64,000 nucleotides of DNA from Macrostomum hystrix (taxonomy: Eukaryota > Animalia > Platyhelminthes). Location of the stretch: assembly GCA_950097015.1 (NCBI GenBank), contig CATNEN010000002.1, forward strand, positions 8,680,001-8,744,000, written 5' to 3'. The position numbers and the translations under genes were made by a program. Under the pieces are notes generated by a model. That model was not told the origin of the DNA. It saw nothing but the letters and a program-made list of their open reading frames with translations, and made no database searches. Shown here piece after piece: positions 34,191-46,434 of this stretch (positions within the stretch are counted from its first letter, which is position 1; each line of letters starts with the position of its first letter).

Positions 34191-34537
34191 AGAGACCCAT
34201 TGTGCAGCTGCTTTACCGGATATATTTTAAGTGGTTTGAGCATCGACTTCTAAATGAGAGGTCAGGAGTTTAAATCTGAGCCTAACGGAACCAACAATCT
34301 GTCATTTGGCCCAACCAAGTCGCAATTTCTATCTATCTTATAATATTCTAAATCAACTATCTAAATCTGCCGGACTGTAAAAATCGGGACAATTAAGCAC
34401 TACGTGTACCATTAGAACTATCGAAGACATTTCGAAGACAGCACTTGCAGTCTACATCACGATTTTCTGTTACGAACGCACTGCAGTCATTAATAAACCG
34501 CTGTCCGCGTCTACAGGCACCGTTGGTAAAAAAGGGC

Positions 34538-34843
34538 TTACAGCCTGAACCTAATGACTGCCGGCTCCCCCGGCGCCAAGCCGCTGTCAACACCAGGCGA
34601 AGGTAGCCGCGGCTTCAAGGTCTTCCGCGGCACGCCGGGTCGGCTGGCGCCCAGAATGCGCTTGACCCGCAGTCGGAGCGGCACGAGCGCGAAGTTAAGG
34701 TCGCCAATGAAGCTGCGCGCGTAGCTGACGCAGGCCAGTAAGACGATGGTGGCCAACAGGATGCCGAGTACTGAGGCGGACACGAGCGTCAGGACGAAGT
34801 TGGTGTGCTCATTCACTGGCAGGCCTTCGCTGGATGAGGACAT
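34538..34843 (-). CDS. Small single-pass membrane protein, 101 aa, unknown family
   Basis: GC-rich ORF with exon-like codon usage in AT-rich surroundings; one strong hydrophobic segment (FVLTLVSASVLGILLATIVLLACVSY) followed by a basic/Pro-rich tail. Confidence 0.55.
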   Translation of the reverse strand: MSSSSEGLPVNEHTNFVLTLVSASVLGILLATIVLLACVSYARSFIGDLNFALVPLRLRVKRILGASRPGVPRKTLKPRLPSPGVDSGLAPGEPAVIRFRL

Positions 34844-35559
34844 GACTGCGAAAGACTCTCCGTCGATAATATTTCTGGGTTGAAGCTCTGATAAAGTCGA
34901 TAAAAAAGCATATCTAGGATTTCTCTAGATATAGCATCGAACCATAGACAGTGCACTGAAAACTGCAAGCTTGAGCTGATTCAGGAATAAATTTTGCAAG
35001 GACGTCTAAATATAGCATTTATAAATGTAGCTTGTATTGCATGTGCTATTCTCGACTGTTTTTATATTTTCCCGATTTCAGCTTCGCTTCGGTGAATGTA
35101 CGCGTCCTGAGCAAGGAACACTAGAAGAAAGACGGGACGCTTTGTTTCTTTGAAAATTTATTAAATGAAGTATTGCATGAAAATCTGCCTTAAATAAATT
35201 TTCAAAGAATAGCCCCACTTATATTAATTGATACAGCTCGTAGTTATACTCGTATCAATGAGTTTGATTTGATATTTGAGTTGAAGAAACTGTTGACGTG
35301 AAGACAGAAGTTGTCAATTAATCTAGTAGCTCCACCTCTTGGAAGCTTTGCTTTGTCAGTGTACCCCAGACCTGCACTTTTTTTATAAAAACTAAAAAAA
35401 AATAAACAAAAGACAAAAAATGATAATTTAGCTACTGAAACAAGAGTAGGCAAACCCGTTTCTTGCGAGTGGCATGTCTAGTGCATTTTAGGATCTGTGA
35501 TTTCACCCGATCTGCATCAGCAAATCAAGGTACGACTTTGGCCGTGCAATTCAGTTAAC

Positions 35560-36000
35560 GTTGAGCTTGGTCACGCATACGTTTAGGGCTAGGGATTGGG
35601 GTCAGGGCGAGAAAGCCGGCGAGCTTTCTTTTCGACGCACTGGCCGCGAGCATACCATAGAGTGCGTTTATGGCACCTAACTGAAGGGTCTGTTGGTGGT
35701 TCAGCTCAACTCGGATACTCGCCAGTGCTCGATGTTCTAACGCATTGCTGTGTGCCATCTCGTCGATGCACAAGCCATGAAGCAATGAAATCGACACTAT
35801 GTATAGCTGTTCCATGCGCTAACCAGAGAGCTGCGAAATTCATGGCTTTGAGTACAAATTTGAGGAACTGTGTGGGTTCGAAGCTTCGAGCGGAATGGAG
35901 GATGACTGACGATTAGGAAGCCAGCAAGAGCAACTTGGCGTGCGGCGAGACGCAGTTCAGTCCAGCATCGAGGGATCCACGTTCAAATGAGCTTCGTCAA
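35560..36000 (+). pseudogene. Pseudogene of the PAN-LamG secreted protein family (5' half only)
   Basis: IECVYGT*LKGLLVVQLNSDTRQCSMF*RIAVCHLVD and AAKFMALSTNLRNCVGSKLRAEWRMTDD*EASKSNLACGETQ align with the genes at 40.0 and 61.0 kb; contains stops and a frameshift, truncated after CGETQ. Confidence 0.85.
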
Positions 36001-36321
36001 AGATGATCCTAGAGTTCATGGACTAAGGCAACCTGCAGCGAGGACTCGCGTGGCTTTTTCAGGTACAAATAAGCCGCAATAGAAAAAACTCTGTTGAAGA
36101 GCAACAACTTTGCCTCCCATGCTTTCGGAACCGGGTTTCTGGGATGGATGATCCGAAGGCCTCGTTCTTTTACAGGTACAAGTACACACCGACGGTTGCT
36201 GAGCCGCCATCATAATTGACGGGGGCACCACATGAAGTTACCAACGATGGATTTAATTAATTGAAGCAGTAAATTATAAGCAGCGAATAAAATTTTTAGC
36301 CACTAGTTTCATGTGCTTCTA

Positions 36322-38099
36322 CGTAGGGTGTCCCAGAAATAGCGGGAAAAATCGATGTACAGGCAAACTGGTGAAACATAGTTTATTGAAACTCACGGCA
36401 CTGATAAATAAACATTCAGCAGTTCTAACGCTTTTTAAATTAAGTAAATATGTCAATTCATTAAAAAATTATGGCTAAAATTAGAACAAGGGGTAGGGGG
36501 TAGAGTTACACCAAGTCAAGGCCAGCGGAATCGGTCACGCAGCATCGCCATCGCCGTCGACTGACGACTTTTCGACGAAGTCCCCCCTTAGCTCGCAGCA
36601 CTTAGTCCATCGCGTGAGAAGCGCATTGATGGCATCTGCATAAGCTCGACGCGGAATTTCGTGCAGCAGAACCCGCCTGACTTCACCTTCCAAGTTGTCG
36701 CGATGGTCAAAGATGCGCCCCCGCAGGTGCTTCTTTAACTGAGGGAAAATTGCGTAGTCGCAAGGAGCCAAGTCTGGTGAGAAGGGCGGGTGCGCAAGCA
36801 GATCAAAATTGAGTTCGTTGATACGATCAAGCGTTTTCTTGGCCGTGTGAGGTCGAGCGTTGTCGTGCAACAGGAGGTGAGGCTTCATCGCAGTCCTGCG
36901 CTTGTTGCGGATGTCCGATTTCAGCTTAGTCAGCGTCTCCGTGTACCGGTCCGAGTTAACCGTGCTGTTAGGCTCAAGGAAGTCGATGGTCAGGGGACCT
37001 TCTTGATCGAAGAAAAGGGTCAGCATGATCTTCTTGCAGTGCTGGTCTCGCTTCGCCTTCACAGGTGGATCTGAACCCTTCAACGCCCACACCTTGCTTT
37101 CCTGCTTGGTCTCAGGGTCAAAGTGCGGTATCCAGGTTTCATCGCCGGTCACCAGATAGGGTCGGAAACTCTCCCATCCACCAGCATCACGCACCAGCTC
37201 AAGATTCTCCCTGCAGGACTTCATTCTTACAGTTTTCATTTCTTCTGTCAACAAACGGGGCACCCATCTCGCCGTCAGTTTCACCATACCAAGATCCACA
37301 GACAAGATCCGATGAATTGAAGTTTTTGGACTTCCCAGTCGATCCGCCAACTCTCTTGCAGTCAAACGGGGATTTGCCTGTACGATTTCCTTCACCATTT
37401 GAATCAGTGCCTTTGTTGATGGAGAGATCGGACGGCCACGGTTGGCTGTGTCATCGGCAACGTCTGTTCGCCCATGACTGAACTCTTCAAGCCAGCGATA
37501 GACAGCACTCTTCGAGATGGCACTCACTCCGTGGATTTCAGTCAGCTGGCTTACAATTCCACTGCCTCGCTTGCCCAATTTCCATTGGGAGTACACGAAC
37601 TGGCGCTGACCTTCTTTGGACGAAACGTTAAACATTGAACAATTGAACAAGGGAAAATGAGAAAAATCCAAACTCAACAGCGGCGTCTTGTCGAGGCGTA
37701 AAAAATTTCGATATTCGCGAAGTCTCGTGCTTGCTGTCGTTGGTGCCACGGCTATTTATTGCGTCAGCTTCTGCATATTTTGATTCTGGTGCTCACGCTT
37801 CTCTGCTCGTCTGTTGCCTTTTTCTGCTTCTGTTCACTGATGCTTCTGCTCATTTTCTTCTGTCGCAAAAATTTAGTCTAAGGACAAACTTAGGTTGGGC
37901 CTTGACTTGGTGTAACTCTACCCCTTACCCCTTGTTCTAATTTTAGCCATAATTTTTTAATGAATTGACATATCTACTTAATTTAAAAAGCGTTAGAACT
38001 GCTGAATGTTTATTTATCAGTGACGTGAGTTTCAATAAACTATGTTTCACCAGTTTGCCTGTACATCGATTTTTCCCGCTATTTCTGGGACACCCTCGG
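36322..38099 (-). mobile_element. Mariner (DD34D) DNA transposon, full length 1778 bp, 202-bp TIRs, TA target duplication
   Basis: TIRs 36322-36523 and 37898-38099 (3 internal plus 2 near-terminal mismatches); TA at 36320-21 and 38100-01. Confidence 0.95.
36535..37635 (-). CDS. Mariner transposase, intact, 366 aa from ATG 37635
   Basis: WVPRLL, TGDETW, HDNARPH and FSPDLAPCD motifs; 34 residues between the second and third catalytic D. The track's 37749 start is a GTG. Confidence 0.95.
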   Translation of the reverse strand: MFNVSSKEGQRQFVYSQWKLGKRGSGIVSQLTEIHGVSAISKSAVYRWLEEFSHGRTDVADDTANRGRPISPSTKALIQMVKEIVQANPRLTARELADRLGSPKTSIHRILSVDLGMVKLTARWVPRLLTEEMKTVRMKSCRENLELVRDAGGWESFRPYLVTGDETWIPHFDPETKQESKVWALKGSDPPVKAKRDQHCKKIMLTLFFDQEGPLTIDFLEPNSTVNSDRYTETLTKLKSDIRNKRRTAMKPHLLLHDNARPHTAKKTLDRINELNFDLLAHPPFSPDLAPCDYAIFPQLKKHLRGRIFDHRDNLEGEVRRVLLHEIPRRAYADAINALLTRWTKCCELRGDFVEKSSVDGDGDAA

Positions 38100-38569
38100 T
38101 ACTTGGCTAGTAAGCTCAGGTTCCAAGCAGCCAGTCAAGGCTTAAGTACTCTTGCATTCCAGAGCTATTTTAGAATATTACATGCTAGCAAAGCTGCAGC
38201 CGTTGTTTTTTGCTTTGAATTATTCATCGATCCTTGAAAAGGGGTCTAAATCCTGGCTTACCTGCATGAGCATTGTTAAAGACAAAAAAATTCGTGGCTT
38301 CATAAAACATCGGGGCTCATGAAGTTTTACAGTTTAGCGCAAGTCATTGCAGCTCATTTCTGTAGGTAGGCAGCATGAGGCAGCATGGTAGGCAGCTAAA
38401 GGAAAATAAAAAACCGCTTTGGAAAAAGCATCTACACAATGCACTCTAGTATGTCTCTAAGTCTAAGCCTCCTTAAGTCTCTGAGTATTAAGCAGAAATT
38501 TTAGGGAAAGAATATTAATATGAAATCCCTTAATTGGCCTGCCAGTACCGAATCTACAATTTACGGTAA

Positions 38570-38725
38570 CTCAGCAACAGTTCACAACAACTAAAATGTA
38601 CAGTAACTCAACAACTGCTCAGCAACAACTAAAATGTGCAGTAACTCAACAACTGCTCAGCAACAACTAAAATGTACAGTAACTCAACAAAAGTTCGCAA
38701 CAACTAAAATGTACAGTAACTGTAC
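38570..38725. repeat. ~39-bp tandem repeat (CAACAACTAAAATGTACAGTAACTCAACAACTGCTCAG), ~4 copies
   Basis: Direct imperfect tandem copies. Confidence 0.8.
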
Positions 38726-40036
38726 AGTTCTGCGTCGGGTCACTCAACGTACTTCCGGCTCATTGTGACAGCTAGAAATTTTGTGAGCTGCATTCTAACG
38801 ATAGTTTCTCACCTTTGCCCCGTACCATCTCGCAAGTTCTGGGAATGGTTGAAGACCCTCGATCGCCCTAGCTCCGTGTAGCCATGCCCACCCTCAGCCC
38901 TGCGTGGCATTAGCCCTAACCCCACCCCAATTGGCATCTGATTGATCCAGCCTAGCCCTACCTTTCTCTCTCTGCTCCGTCTCAGGCGTCACCATGAGTC
39001 ACCATGGTTCATCAGCACCCACCCTCCCCCCAGTCACGTGCAGTGCGTACATTTGACGCCCAACTCGCGACTTCCTCCCCCGAACTATGCGAGTCTTCGT
39101 GCTGCGGCCATTGGGTAGCTTAGCTGTTTGAGCAGAGCGTAGTGACTACAAACTGACAAGACTTGAGATCCAGCCGCAAGTAAAGTGAGCAAACAACGAA
39201 AGAACTCCAGCGAATGAGTAGTGCAACCTTTGACCCCTCCCCGTAAGACTGACGATTCCTATTTGATCATTTGCATCCTCAGCTCCACTCCATACCATAC
39301 CCGCTTTGGTACTCGGGTTTCGGTCGGATCTAAGCCTCCTTTATCATTCTTCTGACGAGAGGCCCTCCGCTTTTCAATTCTGTTTACGGGATAAGGAGTG
39401 TCCGTCTATTTTCTAACATCAGACCACGAAGTTTCTGAATGCCTCTCTTTCACTGTAAACTCCAGGCGGTCCAGAGCTCGAACCCCGTGCAAAAGCCGTC
39501 CACAACCAGCAGGGCCATTGCACGCAAATTAGTATTAGATCATTAATATCGAGGCGCATCCTCTGGCTTCGTTATTTCGTTATTTCGTATAAAAATAAAA
39601 GCATAGAAATGCATCCTGACGATGCAATCAAGTATGCAAAAGGCTGAGTACAATTTAGGCACCAATTATCTCTAAGCCCAAAAGTGCATGAGTAGCTTTG
39701 ATAATGAAGAATTATGTGAAAAACAGAACTGAATTTCAAAAGCTCTCGTGCAGATGACTGACGCGATTGGGATTTAAAAATATGTCTTCCTACAAAATCG
39801 TTGGTGGCTTGATAGAGGCGGTTTGTTGGTTATTGTGTTTTAATGCGCACACAAAAGAACTGAAGCGATGTTAGCGGCCCGCTTCTGTTCTAGTCGTCAT
39901 GGCAACCAGGCAAACACGCGGCGAACAACTCACCCCTTAGTAGCTATAGTATATAGTCAAAGCGTGAAATGCCGGATTCTAGAGAGACACTGCTTTAATA
40001 CTGGACTAAACCTGGCCAATCAGTGTACTGCACATT

Positions 40037-41116
40037 ATGGGCCCGACTGAGTGTAAGTTGATCCATTTGGAGCGGAGGCTTGATCAGTGTTGACAAATTC
40101 TTGCCTGAGAACTTCAAACCAAAATTTTTGCAGACATCGCAGTGTTCTGTCTGTTCTGCTGCTTTGCGGGTGCCAGCGCTGTGGACTGGCAGCGAGTGGA
40201 GATCCGGCAGTGCTTTTCCATCTCCCTGGCAACTCATAGATTTGAGGCTCGCGGAGAAATTGAATGCGCGTTCGAATCTCAAGAGATTGGCGGCCTGCTG
40301 GTGGTCCAGTTCGACTCGGACACTCGCCAGTGCTCGCTGTTCCAATACGTTGCCGTGTGCCACCTCATCGATGGTCTAGTGACCAATTGGGTGAACGCAC
40401 TGCATTGTACCGCATTCATCAATGCCAGAGCCATCAACTTCATGACGATGAGCAGGAAGCTGATGAGCAGTGTGGGCTCGAGGCTGCGTGCAGCCTGGGT
40501 GATGAGTGACGATGAGGAAGCCAGCAAGAGCAACTTGGTGTGCGGCGAGACGAAGCAGTGGAAGTCAACCGCAGTCAAGTTCAGCAGTGACGGAGCCAAG
40601 TTCAATGGAGTGACATCCAGGATGTGGCTGGAGGAAGTGGAGTTCGCGAATTTGCAGCAGGGACTCACGTGGCTCGTCAGACTCAGGCGGGAGAGCTTGC
40701 AAACTCCATTTATGGAGACTTACGAGTGCAGCACATTGCACAGAGGAGCAGGATTCTGGGACGGAGAGCCATCCATTCGCGGCTTGTACTCTTTCAGGTT
40801 CGGTCTAAATGCAATCGTGTTTCGAACTTCAGCAACTACGAACACCTTTAATTCGAGCGCGTTCGTGGAAGTCGCAGTCACCTCTACATCTTCGCAGGAC
40901 ATTCGCTTCTTCTCCAACTCCGCCTTTGTGTCGAAGTCTCTGACTTACAATGTTTATAACTGGACCCGCCCGGTCATAATAAACACATACTGTCTGTCTA
41001 TGGGATACAAGAATGGCGACCCACGAGTTCTTAACGGTACAATACATTCCGTGGCTATTGTTAGCGCCAACATGACCGAGAGTGAGATCGGCAGCTTCTT
41101 TGAGCTGCTTCGTTGA
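40037..41116 (+). CDS. Secreted PAN/Apple-like + ConA/LamG-like protein (exons 40037-40052, 40134-41116)
   Basis: ATG GGC CCG ACT GAG T|gtaagt...ttttgcag|AC gives the signal peptide MGPTEYIAVFCLFCCFAGASA. PAN-like C..ECA....VQFDSDTRQCSL. LamG-like FNGVTSRM...LTWLVRL...GTIHSVAIVSANMTESEIGSFF. Confidence 0.85.
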
Positions 41117-42266
41117 CTTTTCCTCACTCGGAAGTCCTGGCTGATGACGATGCAACCCACAGTTTAACTTTTACAGAATGGAAAAAAACTTTCTGATGCT
41201 CTGCTTTCGTGATGATTTCTATATCTATTTCTAATATCTTTCTTTATTCCAAAATTCTTAAACGAAACAATGTCGCTGGTAGAAATCACGTGTTTACTCT
41301 GTCACTTACAGCTAGTATACACTGCAGTACACTTATACAGCCACAGCTTTAAAACACCGGATGAATGGCATCTCAGTTTAGGCGTGTAAGGGGCCCATTG
41401 TGACTAGGTGGCGACACAGAAAGACGGTATTTACCTTCGATTGCGCCGTGAATTTTCAGCACATGTGAGAGGAACTGACTAGGGCTGTTTAGCACAGCTG
41501 TTTCTACTTAACTATTTCTGATGTCAGTTCACTCTTTACTCTTCTATGACACAGAGATAAATAGAAATTGTTTTTTTAAATGGAAATCAAAATAAAAATG
41601 CTTTAGAATATAAGAGTACATAAGTTTTCTATTGAATAGTAAAAATGATTGAGCCTATATAATAATCAAGATTATTGTCTATTTTAATTACATACTAGTC
41701 AAGTCAAGTTCCGTCATTTGCGTTCGAAGCCGTCAGCATCGTCGAGATATTGAGCGGTGTCAAAAGCTTGGTGGCAAGGACAGCTAACATTGCTCTATAC
41801 AATCGTCTATGGCAAATCCATATTGGTTTAAAATTATTGTATATTGCTCGTATATTGCTTTTATATTGGTTCAATGATACTTGTAGAAAAATGAACAATA
41901 TAAACAATAAATTATAATCAACAAAACATTATAAAACTTATGGGCAGAAAAACAATGCGCCAGTTTTGTGATTCTGGAAGTTGTTTCATCGGAAAGAGTT
42001 GAAACTTTTAGCGCGTGTTCTGGATTTAATGGCATTTTTTTACATTTTGGGAGATACAGAAAAATTGAAATGTAGGCATTAGATTGTAGTCTTTCTGCTG
42101 TTAAAAGCAGTCGGGTAGTCTGCTTTTCTATTTAGCAAATGCGTACTTGCTTGTGCGCATTGCATAGAGATTTAACTCCTCTAGAGATCCTATTTGAGTC
42201 AGCTCACGTCCTAAAAATATATATTCCGTCAAGAAAACTTCAAAAGCAAACACAAACAAATATGTT

Positions 42267-42638
42267 AATAATAATAATAATTGCAGGAGGACTGCGGGCA
42301 ACGGCACATTATTTGGTGACACTAGACACACAGCCAGCGAGGAGGCAATTCTGCCCATTTCGCTAACTCCTGAGAACACGCGCAGACAGATGCCGTACGC
42401 AGGCACACGCTCACACAGGTGTGTAAATCAGCCCTGACTTTCTCATCGTCAGGCAGTGTACACTCTCACTGTGCCTTGGAGGTTAGCCCCTCAAGGGCGT
42501 AAATTGCAAGAGAAGCCCCCAAAGCCTTCTCACGCGGCTGCGCCTCAAATGAATGTGGCCTCGCCGTGGAATCGAACTTAAGGACCTTAATTTTTGGTGC
42601 GAGAGGCAAACGCGTTAACCGGTCTGCCACCGACCGCC
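42267..42638 (-). mobile_element. tRNA-derived SINE, copy C, with (ATT)n 3' tail
   Basis: Head TGGCAGACCGG (A box), GTTCGATTCC (B box); tail CTCCTGCAATTATTATTATTATT. Confidence 0.88.
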
Positions 42639-43528
42639 AAAAAAGAAGACGAAGAAATATGTTACAGAAATAACCTTTTACCATATGGTTGAATGATAAA
42701 CTTCATTTTCGTGGTGAATAGCGTTAAAGAGGTAAGTTTGAAGTTGGCGACCAAGAAAGATTAAATCCTTTAAATATTGGCGATCGATTTTAGCTGCCTT
42801 CACTAGCACCTGCTGTATAAGTCTAGAAATAGCATCCAGAAATGTAGCGAGCGAGACGCAGAGTGCGTTGCCTCCTCAAAACAAACACTTTTGCATTTCA
42901 GTGACGATTAAGAGCAAAAAGATAAATGGTTTGGCAATTAAAATCTCCCCAATCGCTATCAAAGACTTACATTACTCAGAGGAATCATCAGATGATTAAT
43001 TTTAATCCAGGAATTAATTATGAATTAAACAAGCTGTCTGGTGCGTTTTCCCAGCAGGTGTGATTTTGAAAAGTGTTGAAAGCTGCTGTCTTCGGTTTAG
43101 AGTCGTCAAGGCAACCGTGTAAGCCGCGGCAAACAATGAGCAGGCCAATCCAGTGAAAAACCAATCATTAATGGTAGAGGACTAGGGGTTATTTCAAACA
43201 CCCAATTTTTCCTGAATCTCCTAAAATATACAGCCAATCGCCATAGAAATCCAGAGCAGCTTTCGGCGCTATCCGATGAAACAGCTTCCAATCACATCAG
43301 CTTAATCACAAAACGTTGGCATCGTTGGGGGCCAACGTTGGGGGCGTCTACTGGCAAAAACTGGTCACAAAATTTAATCATGTACAGTCACCTGTCAGCT
43401 ATTATTGTTGATTAAATTGTATCGGTTTTACCGATAATTAATATAATTTTAAACCAATCTCAACGATGAAGACCTGGGCGGCTTTGAAAGTTAGCTGATC
43501 GTAAGAGGCGAACATATTGATTACATAT

Positions 43529-43655
43529 GGTGGACTTTCACGAAAATCAGTCATTCGTTATTTCGGAGCTATCGCGAAGTAGGCGGTGAGTATTTGAAAG
43601 GCCCCGTGTTCTTACCCCTTGGAGAAAAATAGCGTGGTATTTCTGCTGTTAATGC
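43529..43655 (+). repeat. Dispersed GGTGGACTTTCACGAAAA family, copy 3
   Basis: Aligns with the copies at 34068 and 22325 (inverted). Confidence 0.7.
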
Positions 43656-43839
43656 TATTCTACTGTGGGACAAAGTCCCACTGCAGTGGGACTTTGGGAC
43701 TTTGGACTTTCAATGGGACTTTCAACACTGCAGTGGCCAGACACCTGTCACACTGCGTCACACTACCCAGCGTGGAACAAGCCTATTTGAGTGTTATAAG
43801 CTATAATTTCTTTTGTTAATGAGATAAAAGTCGGTATCA

Positions 43840-44460
43840 AACAGGTTCAGAGAGTGAAGTGTCCGAGAACTCGAACCCCGATTTTTCGCACACGTCGCTG
43901 CGCTCTGCCTTCTTTTTCACTCTGCCAGTGCCTGCTCCAGCTGTGCCATCCCAGCGACATGGCAACGCAGAGGTCAACGCGATCAACCCGAGAACAAGGA
44001 GCAGGTACCGTCTGGAAGCAAGGCCTACTTCACAGCTGCAGTCGCTTGCCGCAGGGGAGTGTCCGAGCAATTGCGCCGCTTCGGTGTTCACTACCACAGC
44101 CAGGGAGGCCAGCCGCGACTGAACCTGGAACCTGGACCGTCACCCTCGCTTTCTCGCATTATCTTAGACCGGCTGTTTAGATGCAAAAATCTGCCGTCTC
44201 TTTCGCGAGGGCGAAGAGTCCGCGGCCCAGGTGCTGACTGCCTGCCCCGCGTGTAGGGCCCAAGCCGCGAGTCAGCGACTCTTTTTGTTTCCTCACCCCC
44301 TCCTTTTCAGCTCTTATCCTCTGGCCCGTCCATACTCGTGTTAACCTTCTGCCCCTTCCTTATCTCTGGTTAATATATTTGATTCTCGGCCTAGTGGGCT
44401 TCACCCTGTCGTTTTTCGATTTGTTCAGCGCCGTAAAGACGCAAGGCGATCTTTTACTAC
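43840..44460 (+). mobile_element. Probable 3' remnant of a non-LTR retrotransposon (LINE)
   Basis: ICRLFREGEESAAQVLTACPA resembles the decayed C-terminal CxxC..ETxxHxLxxCP knuckle of LINE ORF2; the following 3'UTR-like sequence recurs at 32840. Confidence 0.5.
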
Positions 44461-44593
44461 GAAAACTCAATTTATTTTTATAATTTCATACTACGGTAAT
44501 ACTATATTATTTAAACTTGATAACGGCCATAGCCCTTGTAACGCCCTATAGACATGGTATCGCTTAGGCTTTACTCGCACGAATGTTTGCTCA

Positions 44594-45311
44594 GCTGAGA
44601 CGGTTGCGGCAAGGATTACATTAGGCATTCAGTGTAAGAGTGAAGTAAGCTGAGACGGTTGCGGCAGGGATTACATTAGGCATTCAGTGTAAGAGTGAAG
44701 TAAGCTGAGACTGTTGCGGCAAGGATTACATTAGGTATTCAGTGTAAGAGTGAAGTAAGCTGAGACGGTTGCGGCAAGGATTACATTAGGCATTCAGTGT
44801 AAGAGTGAAGTAAGCTGAGACGGTTGCGGCAGGGATTACATTAGGCATTCAGTGTAAGAGTGAAGTAAGCTGAGACGGTTGCGGCAGGGATTACATTAGG
44901 CATTCAGTGTAAGAGTGAAGTAAGCTGAGACGGTTGCGGCAAGGATTACATTAGGTATTCAGTGTAAGAGTGAAGTAAGCTGAGACGGTTGCGGCAAGGA
45001 TTACATTAGGCATTCAGTGTAAGAGTGAAGTAAGCTGAGACGGTTGCGGCAAGGATTACATTAGGCATTAAGTGTAAGAGTGAAGTAAGCTGAGACTGTT
45101 GCGGCAAAGATTACATTAGGCATTCAGTGTAAGAGTGAAGTAAGCTGAGACGGTTGCGGCAAGGATTACATTAGGCATTCAGTGTAAGAGTGAAGTAAGC
45201 TGAGACGGTTGCGGCAAGGATTACATTAGGTATTCAGTGTAAGAGTGAAGTAAGCTGAGACGGTTGCGGCAAGGATTACATTAGGTATTCAGTGTAAGAG
45301 TGAAGTAAGCT
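44594..45311. repeat. 55-bp tandem repeat, 13 copies
   Basis: Unit GCTGAGACGGTTGCGGCAAGGATTACATTAGGCATTCAGTGTAAGAGTGAAGTAA; near-identical copies, no spacers. Confidence 0.97.
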
Positions 45312-46434
45312 TACACAAGTCGACTAGCACGAGAAAGGAGCCGTGAAGTCAAATATAGGAAACTCCACTGATACATATATCTAGTAGGGTTAATTATGAA
45401 GACTAGTTATTTCTTTCCCGTCTCCCCAGTTCCTACGATGTTCGGGTCATACTTTCTTCAGGTCCTTTGTTCTTCAAATATTCAGGAATTTTTGGTATTT
45501 CTGGCATTTTTAAGAGTCCAGCAGTCCGCAGCTGCTAAAAACTTTACCATGCTCCGATATAACACTGCTGTTCCCTAATCATAAATCCTGCAATTAATCC
45601 CTAATATTGTTCTAAATCCCATATAACCAAAATCTTATATACCTCATGCATCTGAATCATTTTACTATAGCTATTACCTGGACGCGTTTGCGCTCAATGA
45701 TGAAATAATGGTGCTAGCCTAAAGGATTCTGGCTCACTGGGTTCACTGGCATATTCGATTATACGCCTTTACGGCTGTACATGAACATTGCCGCCTTGAT
45801 AAGCCCGGGACCTTCGCGCTGGACTTCACTTAAATAGTGCATATAGTTATTTCATTCTATTATAACAAACATATCAATACTGCTTAAACTATACGAGTCG
45901 AAAAGCAATGTATTTTTCTTCTTTTATTTTAGCTTTTGTGTCGAGCAAAAAAATTTTTATTGTTTGTCGGTGTTCGCGTGCTAACTACTGTTAGCTATTA
46001 CCGCCTTGATTTAGACCCACGTGCTGCTTGCTTATCACAACCAAGGACAACTAGGTCACTGGTCCTTGGACACAATTCTTTAATTCTAATGTAATATTAT
46101 ACATTGTCTGTTGACAAGAAAGTATTTTATTTAACAAATTTTATTGAGTGACTGCTGTACTACATTTATCAGGTAAGTATATTTACTTACTTGTGAAGGT
46201 TTTTTATATTAAATCAAAAGCATTTCCCATATGTTAAAAAACTTATTTATGTGGAACTTACAGTTCACAGTAACAGGGTACGCGGCTTATGATACATATG
46301 ATGCATGGATCATGCATGGTGGCAAAATGACCAGCAAAAGTGATTAATAAATGAAATTATTTATTTACATAATGGTACTACAACATGAAAATTAACTATG
46401 TTTATATTTCATATTTCATTTCATATAGGGCCTA

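Noticed and set aside
42560-42638. Functional tRNA gene
   Set aside because: A/B boxes present but no complete cloverleaf or acceptor stem; it is the head of a repeated SINE.
42257-42664. AAATATGTTA as a TSD for SINE copy C
   Set aside because: The right copy is ~16 nt away from the SINE 5' end and the sequence is AT-rich, so a chance match cannot be excluded.
44594-45311. CRISPR-like regular array (also the 30- and 33-bp arrays)
   Set aside because: Units are head-to-tail with no unique spacers, no cas genes, and the DNA is eukaryotic.
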